Source: Pseudanabaena sp.
GTDB lineage: Bacteria > Cyanobacteriota > Cyanobacteriia > Pseudanabaenales > Pseudanabaenaceae
Reading direction: 5' to 3'
NCBI GenBank assembly: GCA_003249035.1
Contig: QBMK01000015.1
Span: 22,833 to 86,832 of the forward strand
Length of the DNA stretch: 64,000 nt
The notes below the pieces were generated by a model, which saw only the letters and a program-made list of their open reading frames with translations, had not been told where the DNA came from and did not search any database. Position 1 is the stretch's first letter. Each line of letters opens with the position of its first letter. A program made the position numbers and the translations under genes. Shown here in pieces: positions 56,951 to 64,000 of this stretch.

Positions 56951-58177
56951 CTATATTGCTGCAAAATCCTGCAAAATCGTCCGAACTTGCTCACGAAATT
57001 CTTGGATATCATCAGATTTGACTGGCTTACTTAAAAACCGGCAATTTGCCCACTTTGCGCGAAAGTTGTTGGTAATAGTATTTTCGGATGTCACCAAAAC
57101 TAAAGGTATGCTTGCCAAAGATGGTTGCCGCCGAATTTGTTTTATCAAATCAAACCCATTTAAATTTGGCATATTGATATCCATAAATACAATATCTGGT
57201 TTTTCTAACAATATTTGTCTAGTAGCGTTAGCTGAGTCGTTTACTAGGCTTAATTGATACCCCCAACTAGCTAGTAAGTTGCCAAACTGTTTGAGCAAAA
57301 CAGGCGAGTCATCAACAATCATCACTTTAGGTTGCGATCGCGTTTCAACTGTTTCATCAAGAGCTGGGCTATCATTAATTTCTGAGGATCGTAAATGTAG
57401 TGGCAAGATAGCAACCGTACGATTTTCCGCTAGTTTATCGAGTTTGAATGCCGTGCGAGTAATATGTTGTTGAAAGAGATCGGCAATTTCACTTATTCGA
57501 AATTTACCGTTTGTAACCTTCTTAAAGACTGGGACTTGGGCGATGCTAGATTCAGTATCTAGTAGTTGCACAACTTGATAGGGATGACGAACATAATTGA
57601 AATTGCACCATTGATCGGTTGCTTTGGCGATCGCCTTTTCAAGATCCTGTAGTTGCCAGATCGGCAAAATAATTTGAGGATCTAATGTCAATGGCTTCCA
57701 TCGCAGGGAAAACTTTTTTTCTAAAGAAATTGCTAAAAGATTTTCTAACAGTATTTCTTTAAAAACAATTAGACAATTTTTGCGATCTTGAGCATGAATT
57801 TTACCTAAAAGCCGATAAGTCTCAACATTACTATTAGGCTTAAGCGTCATACTGCGGAGAAGATCTTGAGGGATCTGAGCTTTGTGGATTTTTAGTTTTC
57901 GACTTAGAGTCGGCAAAAACTCGCTTTTATCCTCGATAAAAGCGATACTTTCACCATGAAGAAAGATGTTCCAACTGAAATGAGGCGTTTCAATATTGAC
58001 AATCCCAGTATTCTTTTTGAGTACCCGCAAGATTGACATGAGACTGGTATGTGTCAAATCAGAGGCAACTTCGCCAACTAAGAGGCTATTGACCTGTTTG
58101 TTAATAATCTGATGAACGCTTTTTTCTGTCGGGAGAATTGAAACGTCGTTCTCTTGTGAAGTCTGCGTCATTGTCAA
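56951..58177 (-). CDS. PatA-type response regulator (PATAN-like N-terminus plus REC), paralog B
   Basis: 408 aa. REC residues MIVDDS, FMDINMP, VTSE, SKP. It is the first gene of the cluster. Confidence 0.8.
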   Translation of the reverse strand: MTMTQTSQENDVSILPTEKSVHQIINKQVNSLLVGEVASDLTHTSLMSILRVLKKNTGIVNIETPHFSWNIFLHGESIAFIEDKSEFLPTLSRKLKIHKAQIPQDLLRSMTLKPNSNVETYRLLGKIHAQDRKNCLIVFKEILLENLLAISLEKKFSLRWKPLTLDPQIILPIWQLQDLEKAIAKATDQWCNFNYVRHPYQVVQLLDTESSIAQVPVFKKVTNGKFRISEIADLFQQHITRTAFKLDKLAENRTVAILPLHLRSSEINDSPALDETVETRSQPKVMIVDDSPVLLKQFGNLLASWGYQLSLVNDSANATRQILLEKPDIVFMDINMPNLNGFDLIKQIRRQPSLASIPLVLVTSENTITNNFRAKWANCRFLSKPVKSDDIQEFREQVRTILQDFAAI

Positions 58178-58219
58178 GTTAAGGTAAGTAAGACTTAATT
58201 AATTTCAAATGTATTTCTG

Positions 58220-59119
58220 ATGACTAGCGATCGCAGATTAAAAGTTGTGTGTTTGCACGGACATCCCGGAAATAGGGAATCGATGGAGATATTCGCTAAG
58301 TACTTTCATAATCAAGGCATTAGGACGATCTCACCTAACTTGCGTGGTTATGGAGATTGTAAAGCAAATGAACCTTTCACAATGTTAGATCACATACAAG
58401 ATCTTTGGGATATTTTAGTTCAAGATTACGAGTCAGAGCAGCAAAATTCATCAAATAATCATCAAGACTCGGAATATCTTATTTTAGGATGGTCTCTTGG
58501 TGGGATTTTGGCGATGGAGCTTGCGTTAATGGCTACTGAATCCCGAAATCCATCTCAAAACAACTTGATGAACGAGAATATCGCGAAAACTGCGCCAAAA
58601 ATTGTAGGCTTGGTTTTAATTGCTACAGCTGCCAAACCACGCAGCAGTTTACCAAAGGTGCTTTGGTGGGAATATGTAAATTTAGTAATTGCCGTTGCCT
58701 TGCATTGGATTGTGCCAAAACAGCGTTGGCATATTGAGTGGTTTGGCAAACGATCGCTGATCAAATATTTAATTCATCAGCATACTCAAGTCGCTTATGA
58801 CCAGATTTCTCGCGCTGGAGCAAATGCATATTTACAAACTTCGCGCTATGCTCAAATCGCTCTAATGCAAGCACTAAGACAGGGATACGATCGCACTGCA
58901 GATTTAGCCCAAATTCAAATCCCCTGTCTGGCGATCGCCGCCGAGCAAGATCGACATATCACGGCAGCGTCAACATTAGAAACTGCAAAATTACTGCCTA
59001 ACTGTGAATTTATCAGTTATCCAAATACTGCCCATTTATTACCTTGGGAAATAGGCGATCGTTTGTTAGCAGATATTGGGGCATGGTGCGATCAGCAATT
59101 CTCACAAGGAGTGTGGTAG
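58220..59119 (+). CDS. Alpha/beta-fold hydrolase
   Basis: 299 aa. VCLHGHPGN and nucleophile elbow GWSLGG. Confidence 0.7.
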   Translation: MTSDRRLKVVCLHGHPGNRESMEIFAKYFHNQGIRTISPNLRGYGDCKANEPFTMLDHIQDLWDILVQDYESEQQNSSNNHQDSEYLILGWSLGGILAMELALMATESRNPSQNNLMNENIAKTAPKIVGLVLIATAAKPRSSLPKVLWWEYVNLVIAVALHWIVPKQRWHIEWFGKRSLIKYLIHQHTQVAYDQISRAGANAYLQTSRYAQIALMQALRQGYDRTADLAQIQIPCLAIAAEQDRHITAASTLETAKLLPNCEFISYPNTAHLLPWEIGDRLLADIGAWCDQQFSQGVW

Positions 59120-59146
59120 TTCGCACCAATTTACTAACGAGAATTT

Positions 59147-60160
59147 CTAAACAGCGATCGCCGCAGCTTTAGTAGTACCAAGCGATTCCATTACCAATTC
59201 TGCAAGGTCATTGATAAAAACTGGATGGCTATTTAAAGCAGGAACGCGATCGAAGTTGTGAATACCAGCTTCCTCGGCAACTTCTCGATACTCAATATCA
59301 ATTTCTTGCAAAGTCTCAATATGCTCAGACACAAAACTAATTGGCACAACCAAAAGATCGTTAACACCGCGCTTAGCCAAATTCTTAATTGCTTCTTCGG
59401 TGTATGGTTGTAGCCACTCAACTGGGCCAACTCGACTCTGGTAAGCAAGGGTGTGGGCGTTATAGCGTTGATAATCGCGACGGAGAGCCTTCATAATCCC
59501 ATCAACACAATTTTCCATTTGTGACTGATAGGGATCGCCGTATTTAGTCACATACTTTACTGGCACACCATGAGCGCTGAAGAAAATATGCACATTCTCA
59601 GGTTCGGCAAAAGACTGTAATTTCGTATTAATCAGGTCATTCATCGCCCGAATATAGCCAGTTCGCTCGTACCAAGACTCAATCGTGATTTTTTTGATCG
59701 CTTGCAGTTCAGGATCATTTTCCCAAAACTTGTCGAGTTGCTTAATGCTTGAACCACTTGTACTGATCGAATATTGGGGATATAAAGGCAGCACCACTAC
59801 ACGAGTAATTCCATCCTGTTTAATTTGGGCGATCGTCTCTTCGGTATAGGGAGCCCAGTAGCGCATTGCTACATAAACCTTGGCATCAATTCCATTACGC
59901 TGCAACACATTCTCAATATTTTCGCCTTGCTCTTTGGTAATCTGGAGCAACGGCGAACCGCCGCCGATCATGCGGTAATTTTCTTGACTGATGGGGGCGC
60001 GACTAGCAGCAATCAGCGATGCGATCGGCTTTTGTAAGAAGGGAAATGGGAGACGAATGATTTCTGGATCGGCGAATAGGTTATACAGGAAAAGATAGAC
60101 ATCTTCTAACTTTTCAGGGCCTCCTAAGTTTAATAGAATTACTCCAACGCGACCAGACAT
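59147..60160 (-). CDS. hemH: Ferrochelatase (catalytic domain only; no C-terminal CAB/Hlip-like helix)
   Basis: 337 aa. Strongly cyanobacterial HemH-like ([78 protein letters not shown]). It ends ...[16 protein letters not shown]. Confidence 0.92.
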   Translation of the reverse strand: MSGRVGVILLNLGGPEKLEDVYLFLYNLFADPEIIRLPFPFLQKPIASLIAASRAPISQENYRMIGGGSPLLQITKEQGENIENVLQRNGIDAKVYVAMRYWAPYTEETIAQIKQDGITRVVVLPLYPQYSISTSGSSIKQLDKFWENDPELQAIKKITIESWYERTGYIRAMNDLINTKLQSFAEPENVHIFFSAHGVPVKYVTKYGDPYQSQMENCVDGIMKALRRDYQRYNAHTLAYQSRVGPVEWLQPYTEEAIKNLAKRGVNDLLVVPISFVSEHIETLQEIDIEYREVAEEAGIHNFDRVPALNSHPVFINDLAELVMESLGTTKAAAIAV

Positions 60161-60368
60161 AAAACAATTTCCTAAATTTGATAAGTTAATGGTTTGGTTA
60201 ATTATGAGTGACGCAAAGTCATACCCATACTGAATGAATAAATGGAATTTTTATTAAGTGAAATTTTAAAACTCTTTCTAAATCTTAGTCTAAGTTATAA
60301 ATAAGTATAAGTTTTTGTCCTTGCCTGCCGATGTCTAAAGTAAGGCGTCTCGGAGCAACATCATAAGC

Positions 60369-60755
60369 CTATCCCTTATCTAACCATTGCTTGACACAGG
60401 CTTCCAAAAGATCAATGTCTAAAGGCTTTGTCAGATAATCATCACAACCTGAGGCAATTGCAGATTCTTTGTCCCCTTTCATTGCATGTGCCGTGACAGC
60501 AATAATTGGGATTTTTGAGGTGCGATCGCTAGCTTTGAGTTGTCTGGCAACTTCCCAGCCATCTACCTCTGGCAAAGATAGATCCAGCAAAATCAGATTG
60601 GGATGATTAGTTCCCAGCCAATCTAGTGCCGCTTGACCATCTTGAATGCAAATGACGCGATAGCCTGAATCTTGGAACACCTGTTCAACCAAAACTTGGT
60701 TGTCAGGTGCGTCTTCGACCACTAGGATTAGCGGTGGGTTTTTAAGTGCGGGCAT
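60369..60755 (-). CDS. Single-domain response regulator
   Basis: 128 aa. REC residues VVEDA, LLDLSLP, VTAH, TKP. Its start overlaps the upstream DUF362 gene by 14 nt. Confidence 0.88.
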   Translation of the reverse strand: MPALKNPPLILVVEDAPDNQVLVEQVFQDSGYRVICIQDGQAALDWLGTNHPNLILLDLSLPEVDGWEVARQLKASDRTSKIPIIAVTAHAMKGDKESAIASGCDDYLTKPLDIDLLEACVKQWLDKG

Positions 60756-61707
60756 AGGTACTGAGCGGTTCTTTAATAAACTTAATATAGAGATGTTTAA
60801 AGGTCGATCTCAAAACTCTGGGCATTCCAAAGTCGATCGCCATCATCGTTTCAGGTAGTTTCCAGTCTTTGCTTAGCAAGTTAGCGATCGGATCGCCGAT
60901 GATGTCAATAGCATTGAGATCACTACAAAGTCCTGTGCGTATAGAAGCAGCAACTGTCGGCACTTCGAGAGGCTTAACTCCGAGAATCTCCACCATAACG
61001 CGATCTAGCGCAAAAACATCACAGGAAGCTGCTAAAACACCTAATTCTTTTGGTTCGCCTGCACTTGGCCCATTCCCCTCGTGTCCGACGATACCATCAA
61101 GGATTGTCAGTTCAGGATTAATCGCTCTTGCAGTTTCAATAAGCATTTGCGCGAAGCGTTCGACATCTTTGCCAGCTTCCATATGCCACCAAGCTTTCAT
61201 TTTGCCTGGTACACAACCAAAGAGATTTTTTACACCCAGAGTTAGAGTCAGTTGCATGTGTGACTTCACCTTTGGCAAGTTAATCACTACATCTGCATCC
61301 ATCGCCTCTTTACTCAGCCGTAAATGTTGTAGCTCCCCTTCGCCTTCAGTTTCGTAGCGCTTACCATGAAATTCGACGATCGGGATTCCTAGTTCTTCAG
61401 CAAGAGGTAACAAGCCATTTGCCTTAGCAATGCCTTTGGCACTACCAAAAGCAGGGCTATCACCTAAAAAGGGCTTGCCCCCAGCATCCTGCACCATTTT
61501 GGCAACACAGTACACCAGTTCAGGGCGGGTGGTGCATTCTTTGGTAGGACGTGATCCTGTCAGTAGGTTGGGTTTGAGGAGCACGCGATCGCCAGCTTTG
61601 ACGATACTGGACATACCTCCTAGGGGTGCAAGTACAGCCTCTAGTGCTTGCATCAACGATGCAGTTTCGTAGCTAGAGGTATGTAGAAGACTGACGATTG
61701 GTTTCAT
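60742..61707 (-). CDS. DUF362-domain protein
   Basis: 321 aa. DUF362-like pattern (GDRVLLKPNLL, PKVKSHMQLTLTLGVKNLFGCVPG, DGIVGHEGNGP). Confidence 0.7.
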   Translation of the reverse strand: MKPIVSLLHTSSYETASLMQALEAVLAPLGGMSSIVKAGDRVLLKPNLLTGSRPTKECTTRPELVYCVAKMVQDAGGKPFLGDSPAFGSAKGIAKANGLLPLAEELGIPIVEFHGKRYETEGEGELQHLRLSKEAMDADVVINLPKVKSHMQLTLTLGVKNLFGCVPGKMKAWWHMEAGKDVERFAQMLIETARAINPELTILDGIVGHEGNGPSAGEPKELGVLAASCDVFALDRVMVEILGVKPLEVPTVAASIRTGLCSDLNAIDIIGDPIANLLSKDWKLPETMMAIDFGMPRVLRSTFKHLYIKFIKEPLSTYART

Positions 61708-62085
61708 GAATGTTTCTAGAAGGTTGAGGGTCAGCGAACTACTTAAAATATATCCTAATGATTATCTATGTAGTGTCATGAATTATTCGCGATCGCGTTT
61801 AAGATAGGCGATCGCTCACATCCAAAGGCTTACAAGAGTGACACTAATTTTGGTCTGCTGAAAAACAGACCTAGGAGGAAAGTAGTGGGCAAAGAGAAAG
61901 AGGATAACGCTTTGCCTCTCTACTAGAAAATTGACCAGAAAGAGAATTAAAGATAAAGTGTTGGTTCTCAGAAGGAAGAAGCAAGAGTTGCCAGAAAAAT
62001 ACAACCAAAGAAAAGCAGAAAAAAGTCCCCTTAGTAGCGATTCCAAAGTCATCACCAAGTGATAGCGATCGCTAAAAAGATAAAT

Positions 62086-62706
62086 CTAGAGGCTTTGCAT
62101 CGCTTCGCTTAAGTTCATTAATAGCTTGTAATAGCGAATCACTCCTATCAGGAAAAAAAGTAAAGTTAATAAAGCCAAGATGGGAAAAATCGTAGCTAAT
62201 CCCAGCGTTACAATCAGCCCTATGCCAATGAGCAAAATCCCTTCTGCATCTTTTGCAAGGTTGTTTTTATGGATAAATTCTGCAACCTGTTTGAGAAATA
62301 GTAAGAAGGAGACATAGGCGATCGCAGCGATCATCGTTTGTAGGTCTGAAACGATTTTGGGAAGAGTTGAGATGCGATTAAGGACATTAATACTTATTGA
62401 AATTAAATCGAAAATGACAGATATATAGATAGTCGCTCTTCCGGCCATTTCCTTTGGGGCTGTTAGGCAGAGTAATTTGCCTACAACAGCCATAAGCTGT
62501 GCGAGCACAAATGCAATTAAAACACCAAACACTACTACTGCAATAAGTCCTGAGTTCCCAGTAAAGGGCGCAATGATAAGAAGGATTAAACTTAAGGTAG
62601 TGAGGGCAAGGCTGGCAAATAGCAGAGAAATACCCGTAGGTACTTTAGTTTGCTTAAGTTGCTTAGCTGGGTTTATATTCTGTCTAGAATTACTTGGCTT
62701 TCCCAT
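62086..62706 (-). CDS. Hypothetical polytopic membrane protein
   Basis: 206-aa ORF with about 5 hydrophobic helices. No recognised family. Confidence 0.5.
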   Translation of the reverse strand: MGKPSNSRQNINPAKQLKQTKVPTGISLLFASLALTTLSLILLIIAPFTGNSGLIAVVVFGVLIAFVLAQLMAVVGKLLCLTAPKEMAGRATIYISVIFDLISISINVLNRISTLPKIVSDLQTMIAAIAYVSFLLFLKQVAEFIHKNNLAKDAEGILLIGIGLIVTLGLATIFPILALLTLLFFLIGVIRYYKLLMNLSEAMQSL

Positions 62707-62993
62707 AGGTTTCAGAGGTTAGACCCTTGCAGTATATAGCTTCGAAAGTTTTATTGTAGCCCACATTATACGGATACCAAAACTAAACTTTGAGACCAGT
62801 ATTGTTTTCAATCATCATTGGATTGAAGCGATCGCTAATACATTCCCAAACTCATTCACCTTAGCCGAGTCAATTTCATCTTGCAAGTGGTATACAGATA
62901 GAGATGGGTGACGCAAATCGATTTCTATCTCTATATTCAGATTTACAAGCTAATAGCCTATAATCCTAATATATCCTAACCGAGGCGATAACT

Positions 62994-63737
62994 ATGGTAG
63001 CCATCACGGAGCAGCGATCGCTTTCCAAAACAACTGACGCAGAGATAATCTATCCCACATCGGACGGTGAACCCTTGGCAGAAACACAGGAACATATTTG
63101 GGCAATTTTAACTACCCTGAGTATTCTTTCGCAATATCTGACAGGTAAGCAGGCTGTTGTTTTTGCTAATCAGTTTTTTTATTACATTGAGAAAAAACCT
63201 AGGGCGAGAGTTGCACCTGATGTGATGGTGGTCTTTGACATTCCTGTAAAGCTATATGGCAACTATAAACTATGGGAAGGACAGCAAACTCCTGCAATCA
63301 TTTTTGAAATGACCTCCGCAGGTACGAAAGAAACTGATTGGAACTTCAAAAAGATGTTGTATGAGCAGCTAGGAGTACAAGAGTACTGGATGTTTGACCC
63401 ATATGGCGATTGGATTGCGGAACAGTTGCGTGGCTATCGCCTGAGTGATGAAGGCTTATATCAACCAATTACAGATAATTGCAGTGCAGTTTTACAGTTG
63501 CGATTTCAGGTAGAAGGCTATTTGTTGGGCTTTTATCGATTAGATAATAATCAAAAGTTGCTCACTCCTGATGAGTTACTGTTAGCTTCACAAGAAGCTA
63601 CTCGACAAGCTGAAGAAGCTACTCGACAAGCTGTGGAAGCTGAGCAAAGGGCACAATTGGAAAAGGCTAGAGCCGATCGCCTCGCCGAAAAGTTGCGTCG
63701 ATTAGGAGTTGAGTCTGATGAGATGGATCGGTTGTAA
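62994..63737 (+). CDS. Uma2-family (DUF820) endonuclease-fold protein with a C-terminal coiled-coil tail
   Basis: 247 aa. YPTSDGEPLAET..H, APDVMVVF, IFEMTS, then the repeat EATRQAEEATRQAVEAEQRAQLEKARADRLAEKLR. Confidence 0.85.
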   Translation: MVAITEQRSLSKTTDAEIIYPTSDGEPLAETQEHIWAILTTLSILSQYLTGKQAVVFANQFFYYIEKKPRARVAPDVMVVFDIPVKLYGNYKLWEGQQTPAIIFEMTSAGTKETDWNFKKMLYEQLGVQEYWMFDPYGDWIAEQLRGYRLSDEGLYQPITDNCSAVLQLRFQVEGYLLGFYRLDNNQKLLTPDELLLASQEATRQAEEATRQAVEAEQRAQLEKARADRLAEKLRRLGVESDEMDRL

Positions 63738-63767
63738 GCGATCGCCCAAAATAACGCCGATCTGTAG

Positions 63768-63941
63768 GGGTTAAACATTTGCGCCACAATATTCAAACTC
63801 CTCACAAAAAACTCGATCCGCAAATGCTTAACCCTCTTTGCTCTCGCCGATAAATTGTGGCTGCGTTGTGAGGTATGGGCGAAGCATTACCGTTTTGAGG
63901 TTGTGGTGAAATGCCTAAATGGTGGCGGCAATGCTTCGCCC
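63768..63941. repeat. Second pair of GCATT-core hairpin elements (REP/MITE-like)
   Basis: GGGTTAAACATTTGCG (63768-63783) pairs with CGCAAATGCTTAACCC (63819-63834). GGGCGAAGCATTACCG (63877-63892) pairs with CGGCAATGCTTCGCCC (63926-63941). Confidence 0.65.
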
Positions 63942-64000
63942 CTACGGGGAATTGGTGAATATTTGGATATGTTTTTTGTAACGAATACCTATTTTGGGGA

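Noticed and set aside
61816-62058. 80-aa minus-strand ORF in the gap between the DUF362 gene and the membrane protein gene. The plus strand here is purine-rich, and there is a GAGGAAAGT string (about 61874-61882) reminiscent of the RNase P RNA CR-I.
   Set aside because: The ORF is F/L/S low complexity generated by the purine skew. The RNase P resemblance stops after 9 nt (no GTCCGGGC, and no P4 or other conserved helices). I see no supportable feature.

Overview
This window is a cyanobacterial chromosomal segment. The HIP1 octamer GCGATCGC is scattered throughout, and the window carries Ccs1, PatA-type regulators, Uma2 nucleases and a cyanobacterial-type ferrochelatase. I cannot assign a genus. 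I can support about 50 protein genes, one tRNA-His, many strong hairpin terminators and a small family of inverted-repeat elements. There are no rRNA genes, CRISPR arrays, transposases or phage genes.

Layout:
- 25-15019 (minus strand): a co-directional seven-gene chemosensory array, in transcription order MCP, atypical CheA, PatA-type regulator, CheY, CheW, MCP, CheA.
- 15.6-28.7 kb: mostly housekeeping genes (deoxyhypusine-synthase-like, sbcD-like, tatD-like, lpxD, argJ, anmK, gnd).
- 25.7-42 kb: a more accessory-looking stretch. It holds a duplicated anmK 5' fragment, a small-protein/TPR gene pair, repeat elements, a frameshifted PBP-pLGIC channel gene, tRNA-His, an FGE-domain protein, Uma2 and a PG-binding protein.
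- 42-48 kb: housekeeping genes (mobA, pgm, ccs1, a PstS-like binding protein).
- 48.3-58.2 kb: a second chemosensory cluster without a CheA. It has two tandem PatA paralogs, CheY, CheW and a 2008-aa MCP whose C-terminal ~1160 aa form an extremely acidic tail after a putative third TM helix.
- 58-64 kb: hemH (lacking the CAB helix), a DUF362/receiver pair, a membrane protein, Uma2 and repeat elements.

The best candidate for an undescribed system is the gene pair at 32177-33936. A small helical protein ends with a G/N/Q-rich ~26-aa motif that recurs at the N-terminus of the adjacent coiled-coil/TPR protein. This is the layout of amyloid-signalling effector/receptor pairs (HET-S/NWD2, bacterial Bell/BASS), but I see no NTPase module in the receptor.

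All functional calls rest on motif and family recognition by eye. No searches were run, and hairpin and repeat coordinates were derived by hand.
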